This document shows positions 1 through 9,927 of a stretch of DNA of 64,000 bases, in pieces. The stretch's first letter is position 1. Every line of letters begins with the position of its first letter. A model generated the notes under the pieces. That model saw nothing but the letters and a program-made list of their open reading frames with translations. It was not told the DNA's origin and did no database searches. Position numbers and translations under genes: made by a program. This DNA comes from an uncultured Methanosarcinales archaeon. Its GTDB lineage: Archaea > Nanobdellota > Nanobdellia > Woesearchaeales > UBA12501. The stretch is from assembly GCA_964343705.1 (NCBI GenBank), contig CAYFJX010000001.1, positions 6,100 through 70,099 of the forward strand, written 5' to 3'.

Positions 1-576
1 ATGGGAATGGTAAATGAAGAACAAAAAAAAGCATTGACAATCATGGATAAAGAAAGCTCGCGTCTGGGCGAACTTATCAATGACATTCTTGACCTGTCAA
101 AGTTTGAAAGTGGCAAAGAAAAGTTAAAGCTAAAAAAGCACAATCTACCCACCTTACTCGATCATCGTGCGTATGAAAGCATGATAAAAGAGAAAAAGAT
201 TACATTCACCAACAAGGTTCCACCACAGTTCCCTGTTAAAGTTGATGGTCCTCGATTTAAACAAGTATTTGTAAACTTACTGAGCAATGCCCTGAAGTAC
301 AGCGAGGAAGGTGGTGCAATTACCATTGGAGCAGAGCAAGGACCTAAAACCTGGCAGTTTTGGGTGCAAGATACTGGATTAGGTATTGGTAAAGAAGACC
401 AAAAAAAGATTTTTGAGAAATTTTATCAGGTTGAACACTACTTAACCAGACAAAAAGGTGGTACTGGCTTAGGTTTGCCAATAACAAAAAAAATTGTTGA
501 GATGCACAATGGCACCATCAACGTTGATTCTACCCCTGGAAAAGGAAGTAGGTTTACAGTTGAGTTTCCTGTGTAA
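1..576 (+). CDS. Sensor histidine kinase, C-terminal part (HisKA dimerisation helix plus HATPase_c); 5' end lies outside the window
   Basis: HATPase_c motifs in the ORF translation: NLLSNALKYS (N box), QDTGLGIG (G1), GGTGLGLPITKKIVEMHNG (G2). ORF runs to the window edge. Confidence 0.85.
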   Translation: MGMVNEEQKKALTIMDKESSRLGELINDILDLSKFESGKEKLKLKKHNLPTLLDHRAYESMIKEKKITFTNKVPPQFPVKVDGPRFKQVFVNLLSNALKYSEEGGAITIGAEQGPKTWQFWVQDTGLGIGKEDQKKIFEKFYQVEHYLTRQKGGTGLGLPITKKIVEMHNGTINVDSTPGKGSRFTVEFPV

Positions 577-1378
577 CATCCCGAGATCGCATTGCTTGAC
601 TGGACAGTGCGCTCTGATATGCTTGAGCCTCATCATACTGGTCTCCTGCTTCTACAAGATGTGCAAGCGGGTCAACAGGAACTGCAACAATTTCTGGCCC
701 TGAACGATCAACCTTGAACTCTCCTGTGTCAACAAGTGATGAAGCAGGTGTTAGATCAACAGTATCATCATACTGCCCTAATTCTCTTGCTAGATGTAGA
801 TGAACTGGACGTTCATCAAAAACAGGGAGGTCAACACCAGGTTCTTCATGGCCATATCCCTCACCAAGATCTACGTCACCAACATAGTGGCCAGTTAGAG
901 TAGTGTACACTCCTTCGTCTAGACCCCCATCATGGGTTTCAGGACCATCTAGTGCATCAAGTGCAGCAAGTTGATCAATAGACTCTCGACTTTGAATTCC
1001 AACACCTTCAATGTATGAATCAGAAAAACCACTGACAGACTTAACATTACTCATCCCCTCATAACCTGCAGCTACATCCACAAAGAGTCGCTCTTCTTGG
1101 TCAGCAATAGCTGTATGGGTTAAACGATCATCGTCAGAAACCATTGCACCAAATCTTTTAGCTTTGTTTCTTGTTGTAGCCTCAAAAAGTGTAGTGTAAC
1201 CAGCGCTTTCAACAATTACTGCTGCAGCTTCTGGTGTAGCGTATGCATCTAATTTGGCGAGTGGAAAAAAAACTCTGCCTTCAAGACGTACAGGGCCATC
1301 CCTGTTAAAATAATGTTCTCCGTTTTTACCAGCACCGTTACTGGTGCCATTACCTTTACTCATAGCAATCCCTCCCAT
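554..1378 (-). CDS. Hypothetical, very acidic (D/E-rich) protein
   Basis: 274-aa uninterrupted ORF. Local sequence looks more GC-rich than its surroundings. No recognisable motif. Overlaps the HK stop by 23 nt (convergent). Confidence 0.45.
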   Translation of the reverse strand: MGGIAMSKGNGTSNGAGKNGEHYFNRDGPVRLEGRVFFPLAKLDAYATPEAAAVIVESAGYTTLFEATTRNKAKRFGAMVSDDDRLTHTAIADQEERLFVDVAAGYEGMSNVKSVSGFSDSYIEGVGIQSRESIDQLAALDALDGPETHDGGLDEGVYTTLTGHYVGDVDLGEGYGHEEPGVDLPVFDERPVHLHLARELGQYDDTVDLTPASSLVDTGEFKVDRSGPEIVAVPVDPLAHLVEAGDQYDEAQAYQSALSSQAMRSRDVTQETQL

Positions 1379-1426
1379 CCGCGTTGCGGATTGTAGTAGT
1401 AGATACTACAGAGGTATATAAAGATT

Positions 1427-2467
1427 ATGAATAGTGCCGATAGCTTTATAAAACGAGAATACTTTAAAAAGCCCATGTTTGGCCAAAGTAAAAAAGAGGT
1501 TTTTACATTCTTTGTTATGTTTGTAGTTATTGCAAGTAGCTTTATGCTACTGCACAACCACAAAATAAAAGTTATCAATGCAGAATACACTGGTCAACTC
1601 ACTGCCATGCAAAGTGAAATGCGAGAGAGATATGACAAATTCGATTACCAGATTAAGCGACTTGCTGATGAAGTTGAAGAAAAAACACTTAAGATTCAAC
1701 AACAAGCAGAAAGTGATAATAAGCGAGTTGCTAGTGACCTAAGCAGTAAACTTGACATTCTCAAAAAAGATAATACCAAGAAACTAAATCTTATAACTGG
1801 ACAGCTTAACAGAGTACAAGTGGAAAAGGATGAAGCACTTGAACAAGTAAATAGACAACTCAAACAAGTAAGTGCAGACCAAGGGGACTTTTCTAAGGCT
1901 ATTGAAGACTCTATGAAGTCAACTGTGAGTGTTGAGACTCTTACTGGCAGAGCATCTGGTACGATTGTTTCAGATGATGGTTATATTGTCACGTCAAAGC
2001 ATGTTGTTGCTGATGCAAAAGCAGTAGTTGTTGGATTGTATAAAAAAGGCCAGAAACATGTTGAGCGGAAAACTGCAAGGATTGTAAAGAGTAATGATGT
2101 GTATGATCTTGCTGTACTAAAGATTAGTCTTGACAAGCCACTGCGAGCATTACCATTTGGCGACTCTCGAAAAGTCAAGCTTGGTGAAAAAGTTTTTGCT
2201 CTTGGCAACCCTGGTGCAATTGGCTTCACTGCAACAGAAGGCATTGTCAGCGCAACTAATAGGTATGTTGGCACGGTGCCATACGTGCAAACAGATAGCC
2301 CCATTAATATTGGTAATTCCGGTGGGCCACTTATTAATCGACGTGGAGAACTAGTTGGAATTAATACACTTAAAGTAACTGGCTATGATGGCATTAGTCT
2401 TGCACTGCCGTCGTATATTGTGCAAAGTGTTTCTAATGGCATTATTAGAAATGATCGTGGGCATTAG
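1427..2467 (+). CDS. Trypsin-like (S1/HtrA-like) serine protease with N-terminal TM anchor and coiled-coil linker
   Basis: Catalytic-triad contexts: TSKHVVADA (His), DLAVLKI (Asp), GNSGGPLIN (Ser). TM helix at the N-terminus. Confidence 0.8.
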   Translation: MNSADSFIKREYFKKPMFGQSKKEVFTFFVMFVVIASSFMLLHNHKIKVINAEYTGQLTAMQSEMRERYDKFDYQIKRLADEVEEKTLKIQQQAESDNKRVASDLSSKLDILKKDNTKKLNLITGQLNRVQVEKDEALEQVNRQLKQVSADQGDFSKAIEDSMKSTVSVETLTGRASGTIVSDDGYIVTSKHVVADAKAVVVGLYKKGQKHVERKTARIVKSNDVYDLAVLKISLDKPLRALPFGDSRKVKLGEKVFALGNPGAIGFTATEGIVSATNRYVGTVPYVQTDSPINIGNSGGPLINRRGELVGINTLKVTGYDGISLALPSYIVQSVSNGIIRNDRGH

Positions 2468-2886
2468 TGGTATTTGACGAGGTGTTCTTTGTATTCTTGT
2501 CTAAAGTCTTTGAGTTCTTGTTTTACTACAGCCATATCTTGCTCTAAAACTGTTAGGCGAAAGAGTAAACGCTGGAAAAATCTACCTCCTTTAAAAAAAA
2601 TAAAACCTATATTTCCGCAAAAAGTAAGAATCACCACAATAGCTCCCAAGCTAGGGAGTAGACGAATCCAGAGAGGAGTATTGATGATACCAATAGCTTT
2701 GAGCATAAACCACACAACGAGAAATAAAGATGATAAGATAAAGCTAGTGAGCCAAAATTCTAGTGATGGCCCTTTTTCTACAACAACTTTCATAATTCTC
2801 CAAAAAAGTTTATTTTCATCAAACAGGGGATTAACTTGTTTTTTCATACACCCCTTATTGTTTTCATCCTTAATAAGTCTTCCCAT
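2464..2886 (-). CDS. Hypothetical membrane protein
   Basis: 140-aa ORF with 2-3 hydrophobic helices. Overlaps the protease stop by 4 nt. Confidence 0.4.
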   Translation of the reverse strand: MGRLIKDENNKGCMKKQVNPLFDENKLFWRIMKVVVEKGPSLEFWLTSFILSSLFLVVWFMLKAIGIINTPLWIRLLPSLGAIVVILTFCGNIGFIFFKGGRFFQRLLFRLTVLEQDMAVVKQELKDFRQEYKEHLVKYH

Positions 2887-2992
2887 TTAATTTCCGGAAG
2901 AATTTCGACGACAAAACAAAGATTCCAACAACATCCGAAAACTTTCCGGAATCAAACTAAAAAGACAAAATCTTTCCAAGAACAATGAAACA

Positions 2993-3913
2993 CTAAATCT
3001 TTACTTCCCCACCTACAAGAGTGTGATCCTTGAAGTTAACAAGACGTTGTGCTGCTTTCTTAGTATCAGCCGGTGCATAGCCTCCAATATACAGTGCAAT
3101 GTTTCGTGCTGACGTCGGGAATAATTTAATGATTGCTTCACCTGGACTAAATATTTGGCAAGTATTATTCATTGCCACTATTTTCTCTCGCCACAAGTCT
3201 GCTGCTGCAGGATTGTCACAAGGATTTCCAACAACAATATAATCTTTTTTTCCCAAAGTAATCTCACTTGCAAGCAATCCTTTTCCTGCTTTTTGCGTTT
3301 CACTTGCAAGACTAGTCATAATATCTTGAGATATAGTAACATCTTCAGCTGGAGCCTTGTCACCAACAACAATGGAAAGTCCTTTAGCAATATTGAGATA
3401 GTTTGCCAGGTCAAGTTTGTCTTTTTGTACAAATATACTGGAAGTACAGCAATCTTGGAAGCAACTGTTACAGGTTTCATCTGGTGTACACATACCATCC
3501 CCACAGCATGCTGCTGCTTTGCTTGGGACACATTGGTCTGCTTGACACACACCAGTCATGCATGCACCAAAGCTTTTTTCTTCACACTTGCCACAGTCAT
3601 TAGGGCAGTTACACTCATTTTCAGATGCACTACACACGCTGTCTCCACACACAGTTTGCACTTCTTCTTTATCACATACACCATTTGAGTCAGAGTCTGC
3701 ACAGCAAGCTCCATCAATCAACACAAGAGGTGCTGCACAAATAGGAGCAAGGTCTTCAACAGTTCCTTGTGCTTCTTGAACAGCATCTGGAGAAGTAGTT
3801 TCATCTGACGAGTCTGTTGTTGATGAAGAAGAGACTTCACCACCTTTAAGATCTATACTACAACCTGCCAAAAGCATAGCTATACAGAGACCCACCGCCA
3901 GGAATTGTTTCAT
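2993..3913 (-). CDS. Cys-rich secreted lipoprotein-like surface protein
   Basis: N-terminal signal with lipobox-like LLAGCS, a long Cys-rich central segment, and a C-terminal conserved domain. 4-nt overlap with the upstream small ORF. Confidence 0.5.
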   Translation of the reverse strand: MKQFLAVGLCIAMLLAGCSIDLKGGEVSSSSTTDSSDETTSPDAVQEAQGTVEDLAPICAAPLVLIDGACCADSDSNGVCDKEEVQTVCGDSVCSASENECNCPNDCGKCEEKSFGACMTGVCQADQCVPSKAAACCGDGMCTPDETCNSCFQDCCTSSIFVQKDKLDLANYLNIAKGLSIVVGDKAPAEDVTISQDIMTSLASETQKAGKGLLASEITLGKKDYIVVGNPCDNPAAADLWREKIVAMNNTCQIFSPGEAIIKLFPTSARNIALYIGGYAPADTKKAAQRLVNFKDHTLVGGEVKI

Positions 3914-4155
3914 TTTTTGAATACCCCTATGACCAGTGCCAGGATAATGATCAAGATAAGAACAATAAGAAACCAGATATTAAGAGTGGCCAAACCACCT
4001 CGTGTACTGAGAAATGCCATGAGAATTACTAAGGCACCAAACACACACCAGGGATACAGCCTCTTTTTCATAGAGAGTCTTTCTGGACGCCTATATTTAA
4101 AGTTTGTTGTGACCGCAAGGTTTATAAACCCCCTGGGATTCCACAAAGGTATCAA
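3910..4155 (-). CDS. Small hypothetical membrane protein
   Basis: 81-aa ORF with two TM helices. Translationally coupled (ATGA overlap) to the lipoprotein gene. The opposite-strand ORF looks like noise. Confidence 0.35.
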   Translation of the reverse strand: MIPLWNPRGFINLAVTTNFKYRRPERLSMKKRLYPWCVFGALVILMAFLSTRGGLATLNIWFLIVLILIIILALVIGVFKK

Positions 4156-4237
4156 GGGATAATTCGGTCCTCGGGCTTGATTATACCGGCGAGATAAGAA
4201 GACTTATTCTCGTACAAACTAACATGGAGATGAAATT

Positions 4238-4693
4238 ATGGCACGTATGCATTCACGTAAACGCGGAAAATCAGGCTCTAACCGGCCACTAACCAAGACA
4301 GCTAAGAGCTGGATTAGGTACAAACCTAAAGAAGTAGAAATCCTTATTGTAAAACTAGCTAAGGAAGGTCACAATGCTTCAACCATTGGATTAATACTGC
4401 GAGACAGTTATGGTATTCCAAGTGTTAAGGATCTTACCAAGAAGAGCATTACACAGATTATGAAGGATCGTAAAATTGCAAAAGAACTTCCAGAGGATCT
4501 CCTTAACTTAATTAAGAAGTCTGTTAGGTTACAAAAACATCGTGAGACCAATAGGCAAGATAACACCTCATTGCGAGGCTTGCAATTAACAGATTCTAAG
4601 ATCAGGCGAATTGTAAAGTATTACAAGGAAACTAAAGTATTGCCTGCTGATTGGAAGTATGACGCAAAGAGCCTTAGAATGCATGTAGAATAA
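4238..4693 (+). CDS. rps15: 30S ribosomal protein S15 (uS15, archaeal S13e type)
   Basis: N-terminus MARMHSRKRGKSGS and overall basic profile typical of archaeal S15P/S13e. Confidence 0.9.
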   Translation: MARMHSRKRGKSGSNRPLTKTAKSWIRYKPKEVEILIVKLAKEGHNASTIGLILRDSYGIPSVKDLTKKSITQIMKDRKIAKELPEDLLNLIKKSVRLQKHRETNRQDNTSLRGLQLTDSKIRRIVKYYKETKVLPADWKYDAKSLRMHVE

Positions 4694-5126
4694 GCATGCC
4701 CACTTTTTTCTTTTTTTCATTTATTTCTTTAACCAAAACTTTTTATATGAGACCTTCCAAAGAGATAATCCGCTTGCATGATTGAGAGCGCGCAAGTAGA
4801 AAATGGGTTGGAGGTGTGCTATGAGAGGGTATAATCATACTGTGCTACCAGAGGGGGAAAGAGCAATAAGTGATTTTTCTTTTACCACTATACTGATCGC
4901 ACTAGGAGTTACCTTTGTATTAGTATTATTAGTTATGATTTAATTTTTTATTCTATTTTTTTAGTTTTTATTTAGTTCTTTTTCAGTGTATATTTGAAAC
5001 AATAACAAATACATATACATATTCAGACCATTTCCAGTGCATATCCGTACTAGAAAAAAGTGACATAAAGAAAGAAACAACAAATTTTTTAAAGAAAAGC
5101 TCCCAAAAAGGCTTTGAGGTGAATAT

Positions 5127-5402
5127 ATGCATAAACTTGATCTTGAATTATACGCATGGGTGCTCAGAGGGTCCCAACGCAGAGAAATCATAAAAGTCAT
5201 GCATGACATGAAAATTCCTGCCCAAATCTTTCGTGACGCTCAACAAGCAAACGCTAAAATTTCACGTAACAGTGTGAGTGATGTTCTTAGATCATTTGTT
5301 GATAAGAATCTTGCAAAATGCATTAATCCTGATGAGACCAAAGGACGATTATATGAACTAACACCTCATGGTCGACTAATTAGGCATGAGATGGTTAAAT
5401 AA
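5127..5402 (+). CDS. Small winged-helix transcription regulator
   Basis: 91-aa protein with an HTH-like segment and C-terminal wing (GRLYELTPHG). Confidence 0.45.
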   Translation: MHKLDLELYAWVLRGSQRREIIKVMHDMKIPAQIFRDAQQANAKISRNSVSDVLRSFVDKNLAKCINPDETKGRLYELTPHGRLIRHEMVK

Positions 5403-5403
5403 A

Positions 5404-6036
5404 CTATTTCTGTGCAATAACTTCCAGACTCATCGGAATGTAAGGAATGCGCAAGAAAGGAAAATTAAGCGAGTAGTTCTTTTTGACAATAGTAAAGCCA
5501 GCATCAGTGATCATTTTGAGAAATGCCTTTGAACCAGGCACTGACACATGGCTTTTGTCGATATCAACGAGATGGAACAATCGTCCAAGCAGTGTGTTTC
5601 GAAGAGGCACTGTTGCTATAAAGTAACCACTTGTCTTAAGTTTTGGATAAATCTTTGCAAGTATTGCTGGTATTGAGTTAGTGTGTTCAAGCACATCAAT
5701 TGCAGTGATGCAATCAAAGTTATTATCTGCAAAAGGCAAATCTTTTTTTTCAAGATCAAGATGGTGTAATTGTGCTCGTGGACAGTGTTGTTGTGCTTGT
5801 GCAAGTGCAAAGGTTGATATATCAAGTCCATGCACGTCATCAAAAAAAGGTTGTACACGTTTCAAGAGAAAGCCAAATGCGCATCCAACATCAAGAAACG
5901 ACCCACCAAGTCTTTTTTGTTTGATAAAAGAAACAATGTGTTTCCAAAAGCGATCATTGTCATACGAGTCGTAATTGTTGTAGTTAGAATTCTTTCGGCC
6001 ATAATAGTAATCGCAAGAAAAATAGTCTTGGTCCAT
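5404..6036 (-). CDS. Class I SAM-dependent methyltransferase
   Basis: Motif I FLDVGCAFGFL, acidic end of beta-2 (GLDIS), motif IV ITAIDVLEH. Confidence 0.8.
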   Translation of the reverse strand: MDQDYFSCDYYYGRKNSNYNNYDSYDNDRFWKHIVSFIKQKRLGGSFLDVGCAFGFLLKRVQPFFDDVHGLDISTFALAQAQQHCPRAQLHHLDLEKKDLPFADNNFDCITAIDVLEHTNSIPAILAKIYPKLKTSGYFIATVPLRNTLLGRLFHLVDIDKSHVSVPGSKAFLKMITDAGFTIVKKNYSLNFPFLRIPYIPMSLEVIAQK

Positions 6037-7085
6037 TAGTCTTCACCAACCACAGGCTGATCTTCATTGCCTTGTAAACCACGAAGAATTTCACGGGAAA
6101 GACGTAGTTTACCATGGTATTCTTTTGCTAGTTTGAGACAGTTAACATTGTCAGGAAATGGCATGATAAGAGGAGTCACCCCATTTTCATACAAGCATTC
6201 AACAATGCCTCGTGATGCTTCATTCAGGACAGGATACGGAGTAGAAGAAGCCTGACCCCTATTTACAAAGAGTGATTTAGACCTACCTGCAAGAACATAC
6301 ACAAGCTGGTGATTTGGATACAATGAATTTAAGGGGTCAAACAAATTACTTGTTGGATTGTTACCATTTTTTTTCCGACCCCACATGTTACTGGCAACTT
6401 GATTACCTGCTTTTGATTCACCAACAATCAAATATTTTTCACCCTGCCTACCATCTGTATGAAACCAAGCAAGACCATCAATATCAGTAAGCTCCAAACC
6501 TTCTCTTCCTTGACGATACCTAAAACGATGAGAACCCTCACGTACTTTTTTTAGCAGCCTAAATGTTGTTCGACGATCAAACTGCAACAAGTAATCATTG
6601 TTGAAGTAAACAATATCTGTTTTGCCTGGCCGATATGATGCTTTTTGACGCAAAACTTCTGCCTCTGCATTACGAAAACCATTACGTCTTGCTTGTTTAA
6701 CCACCCCTTGCATAAGAGCGTCAAGCATGAGTGTCAATACCCTCTCACCAATCCTTCCTTGAAAGTGTTTAGTAAAATAATTATCTGCGCCCTTCCAACT
6801 TAGTATGTCTTTAATTTTAGCAAGAGGATAATGGACACTTCCAATCCGAGCAACAGTGTCAACAAGATCTGTTCCCCCAATAAGCTCAATTTCAGTTTCA
6901 TACACATCTGGCACAACCCACCTGTCTTTAAGGCATTTGTGTCCATCCTCAGCCGCAACAATCTGATCAAGCCTTGGACAATAACGAGCTGGCTCAAACT
7001 TAGAAAAAGGATTAAATGCTTCATCACCACTTGTTTGCATGACCAAAATAAATAAAACGAGTTTAAAAAATTTGTTGCACTCCAA
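6036..7085 (-). CDS. Hypothetical secreted protein
   Basis: N-terminal signal peptide (FKLVLFILVMQTSG). 349-aa ORF, 1-nt overlap with the MTase gene. No family recognised. Confidence 0.5.
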   Translation of the reverse strand: MECNKFFKLVLFILVMQTSGDEAFNPFSKFEPARYCPRLDQIVAAEDGHKCLKDRWVVPDVYETEIELIGGTDLVDTVARIGSVHYPLAKIKDILSWKGADNYFTKHFQGRIGERVLTLMLDALMQGVVKQARRNGFRNAEAEVLRQKASYRPGKTDIVYFNNDYLLQFDRRTTFRLLKKVREGSHRFRYRQGREGLELTDIDGLAWFHTDGRQGEKYLIVGESKAGNQVASNMWGRKKNGNNPTSNLFDPLNSLYPNHQLVYVLAGRSKSLFVNRGQASSTPYPVLNEASRGIVECLYENGVTPLIMPFPDNVNCLKLAKEYHGKLRLSREILRGLQGNEDQPVVGED

Positions 7086-7138
7086 TAATTATTTTCCATA
7101 CAGAAAAATATATAAAGCAAAAAGCCCAAAATACACCT

Positions 7139-7462
7139 ATGCCCCGTGGACGTCCTGTGAAAAGCCTGGTGCGGCAGCACATGATTGAAGTACTGGCTTT
7201 TCTTGGAAGCGCAAGTGGCTATGATATTTACAAAGTATATCGTGCAATATACCCCAAGTGCACCTTGCGACTGATGTATTACCACCTTAAACGTGGCATT
7301 GATCTGGGCGTCTTTGTTGTTGACAAAGTTGAAAAAACAACAGGCGATTACTCATGGGGTAAGACTGCAGAAAAAACATTGTACAAGCTTGGACCTAAGG
7401 CAAAGCCAAAAATGGACAAGCGTGTAAAAGAATATTTAGAAAAAGAGGGACACAATGCATAA
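7139..7462 (+). CDS. Winged-helix DNA-binding protein (PadR/MarR-like)
   Basis: 107 aa, HTH-like core YDIYKVYRAIYPKCTLRLMYYHLKRG. Confidence 0.45.
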   Translation: MPRGRPVKSLVRQHMIEVLAFLGSASGYDIYKVYRAIYPKCTLRLMYYHLKRGIDLGVFVVDKVEKTTGDYSWGKTAEKTLYKLGPKAKPKMDKRVKEYLEKEGHNA

Positions 7463-8297
7463 AAGAACTCCAATACTCCTGCTTGCAGGTATGGTTGTAT
7501 TAAGCTTGTTTCTTATGTCAATGGTCAATGAAATAACTGGCCAAGCATATAGTAGATCCCTCGGCAGAAGCACAGGAAAAGCATTTGCCAAAGATTGCAC
7601 CTCCAATGAAGAGTGTCCTGCTGGAACAGCATGTCGAACCTATGGAGTCTATCAGCGATTTAGAAAACGAGCACGAACAGCGTGCATGTCGATTTGTGAA
7701 GATCCTGAAAAAAATAGGATTCCATTTGGCATTCAAGACGCACTAAGAGCAGAACATGACCTTGACAAGGTAAGTGGTTTTAACCCGTTTAAGTCCCGAC
7801 CAACCTACTACCGACCACGAAATAGTTTTGAAACATTTGGCTACACAAGTGATTGTAAGGATGATGCAACACTGGTCGAACCCTTCTGTGTTAATGGAGG
7901 TAGCAACCAAGCAACAGTTGCAACTATTGAAATTGATTGTGCAAGTATTGGCAGTAGTCTAAAATGTATTAAGGATGATAACTTGTTTGGTACTTGTGGC
8001 CAAGAAGGTGGAGAAATAGATGAAGAAGGCGGTGAAATCACACAAGGCCCATCTCTTCCTGCTGCAGATGTTGAAGTGAGTGTGCCAGAAACAATAGAAG
8101 ACACTTCTGAACTTGAAGAAGAAAGCGAAGAGGAAGAAGTAAAAGAACCAAGCCCTGAACCAGAAGAATCATTTGAAGTACCTACATTTGATGAGAGCGA
8201 AGAGGAGGAAGAATCCTTTGAGGTCCCGGAGTTTGATGAAGATGACGAAGATACAGAAGAGGAATTGGAAGATGATGCTGAAGAAGAACTAGAATAA
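7455..8297 (+). CDS. Secreted protein with tandem acidic C-terminal repeats
   Basis: Signal/TM at the N-terminus. C-terminus has E-rich repeats (EESFEVP-FDE x2). 8-nt overlap with the upstream regulator gene. Confidence 0.5.
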   Translation: MHKRTPILLLAGMVVLSLFLMSMVNEITGQAYSRSLGRSTGKAFAKDCTSNEECPAGTACRTYGVYQRFRKRARTACMSICEDPEKNRIPFGIQDALRAEHDLDKVSGFNPFKSRPTYYRPRNSFETFGYTSDCKDDATLVEPFCVNGGSNQATVATIEIDCASIGSSLKCIKDDNLFGTCGQEGGEIDEEGGEITQGPSLPAADVEVSVPETIEDTSELEEESEEEEVKEPSPEPEESFEVPTFDESEEEEESFEVPEFDEDDEDTEEELEDDAEEELE

Positions 8298-8349
8298 CAA
8301 ACATTAAAAACTACAAAGTATACTAAAAACAAAAAGAACAAGTGATAGC

Positions 8350-8634
8350 ATGGTTGAAAACAAAATACGGGCATACATTGATGGTGCACTCGCGCGCCAC
8401 CACAAGGTTGAAGATATTATGGCTAATTTAATCAATGCTGGCCATGATTCACACACTGTTCGTTCGTTAACAAAGGAACGAGTACAACACAGGATTAGAC
8501 ACCTTGAGGGTAAGAAGAGTGCATTAACAAAAAAGTATTCTGGTGTTATGAGCTTGATGTTCTCATTCCTTATTCGTGGAGCAGTAGGAGTTGTTGCTGT
8601 ATGGGCCCTAACAAGTGTTGTTGTAACTGCTTAA
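8350..8634 (+). CDS. Small hypothetical protein with C-terminal TM helix
   Basis: 94-aa ORF ending in a hydrophobic helix (GAVGVVAVWALTSVVV). Confidence 0.35.
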   Translation: MVENKIRAYIDGALARHHKVEDIMANLINAGHDSHTVRSLTKERVQHRIRHLEGKKSALTKKYSGVMSLMFSFLIRGAVGVVAVWALTSVVVTA

Positions 8635-9323
8635 CGTCGCTTGAGTAATTTCTTAAAAAATCCCATAAGTGCAAATGATTCTCGCTTGGTGAGAAAGGAT
8701 TTACTTATAATCTTGTTCCATAACACATTCTGTGTTTCTTTTTTGTCTTCTGTTGTAAACTCAATGGTTTCAATAACTTCTTCTGCAAGTTTTTTGGCGT
8801 GGTCAATGTCAACCTTGGACGCATATTCAATATGTGATGTACTAGTCTCGCCCTGAAGTGCAAGAAAGAGCTCGTACAGAATAATACCACAAGCGTGACT
8901 GATGTTAAGAGTCTTATACTTGGGTGATGATGGAATTGAAACAATGACATCACAGAGTTCTATTTCATGATTATGTAACCCACTGTCTTCCCTTCCCAGG
9001 ACAATACAGATTTTTTGTCCTACAGTGATTTTCTCCCCTAGTTGTCGTGGTGTGAGTGGCTGACGAGGAAAATTAGTGTTTCCACCAAGTTGTGCTGTAG
9101 TACCAATAACATAGTCAAACTCTTGCAATGCTGACAAGTCTGCTTTTCTAGCATTTTTGAGAACGTCTTGGGCATGGCATGCCCTGTCCATTGCAGTCTT
9201 TGCAAGATGATCAACTGGTGAGTCTATTAACAGAAGATCAATAACTCCAAAGTTTTTCATAACACGAGCTATAGCTCCAATGTTTCCTTCGACACGCATA
9301 CCAATACAGGCAAGAGTTATCAT
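8631..9323 (-). CDS. SPOUT (SpoU/TrmH-class) RNA 2'-O-methyltransferase, TrmJ/aTrm56-like
   Basis: SPOUT motifs ICIVLGREDSGL and LNISHACGIILYEL. Rossmann-like N-terminus GNIGAIARVMKNFG. Confidence 0.8.
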   Translation of the reverse strand: MITLACIGMRVEGNIGAIARVMKNFGVIDLLLIDSPVDHLAKTAMDRACHAQDVLKNARKADLSALQEFDYVIGTTAQLGGNTNFPRQPLTPRQLGEKITVGQKICIVLGREDSGLHNHEIELCDVIVSIPSSPKYKTLNISHACGIILYELFLALQGETSTSHIEYASKVDIDHAKKLAEEVIETIEFTTEDKKETQNVLWNKIISKSFLTKRESFALMGFFKKLLKRR

Positions 9324-9399
9324 ATGCTACAGAAATAAGAAGTGGTATTTAAGGGTTTATTGTTGGTTGCAAAAAAGACTGAGATATTAGTTTCAGCCA

Positions 9400-9497
9400 G
9401 GGCTGTTTCTTAATTATCATAACATTGCACAGTTGTAACCGCGCTTTGCGTGGATTAAACAGCCAGTGGCTGCCAAATCTGTGCTATTGAAAATGTT
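9400..9497. ncRNA. Candidate structured RNA element, copy 1 of 2 (family with compensatory hairpins)
   Basis: Blocks CATTGCACAGTT-TAACC-[hairpin]-GGATTAAACAGC-[hairpin]-ATCTGTGC-TTGAAATGTT are shared with 12413..12504. The hairpin stems differ but stay paired. Strand undetermined. Confidence 0.3.
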
Positions 9498-9733
9498 ATA
9501 TAATGAAAAAAACAAATATATACCTATTTAAAGAAATCTTTTCCTTATCTCAGATTTTATTTTATTCCCGATGCTCTCTGCCTCCTCTTTTGTCAATTTA
9601 CTTTGATTAAGCAGCTTATCTATCCACAAAAATCTTTTTATTTTAATCTCATTTTCTAGTGTCCTAAAAGCAATAAATATAAACACCAGCCCTGCTAAAA
9701 AGATTATAATCCGATAATAGTTTAACGTCTCAG

Positions 9734-9925
9734 TTAAAAAGTATTTCCTGTACTTCCAAGATATATCGATGAAACGCCCCCATAAAAAATACCTCCTGCA
9801 AGAAAAGAACGAATTAGTCCATTTAAATTCATCTTGTTCCTACGAAATACAAAAACCACATAAACACTAATCAAGCCCATAATGATGGGTAAAGTTATTT
9901 CGTTAATATACCGAAATAAGAACAT
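9734..9925 (-). CDS. Small hypothetical membrane protein
   Basis: 63-aa ORF with two TM helices, immediately downstream of a glycine-zipper mini-ORF. Confidence 0.3.
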   Translation of the reverse strand: MFLFRYINEITLPIIMGLISVYVVFVFRRNKMNLNGLIRSFLAGGIFYGGVSSIYLGSTGNTF

Positions 9926-9927
9926 GC

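Noticed and set aside
3155-3688. 177-aa plus-strand ORF, plus many similar antisense ORFs inside long genes (e.g. 10483..10899, 29588..30013, 31215..31595, 56354..56821)
   Set aside because: They lie antisense within well-supported CDSs and have low-complexity, Cys- or Ser-rich translations typical of shadow frames.
9400-9497. tRNA, C/D-box or H/ACA sRNA, or MITE identity for the duplicated structured element
   Set aside because: It has no T-loop or anticodon architecture, no RUGAUGA/CUGA box pair, and no ANANNA/ACA boxes. The two copies differ by compensatory stem changes rather than being near-identical, which argues against a recent mobile repeat.
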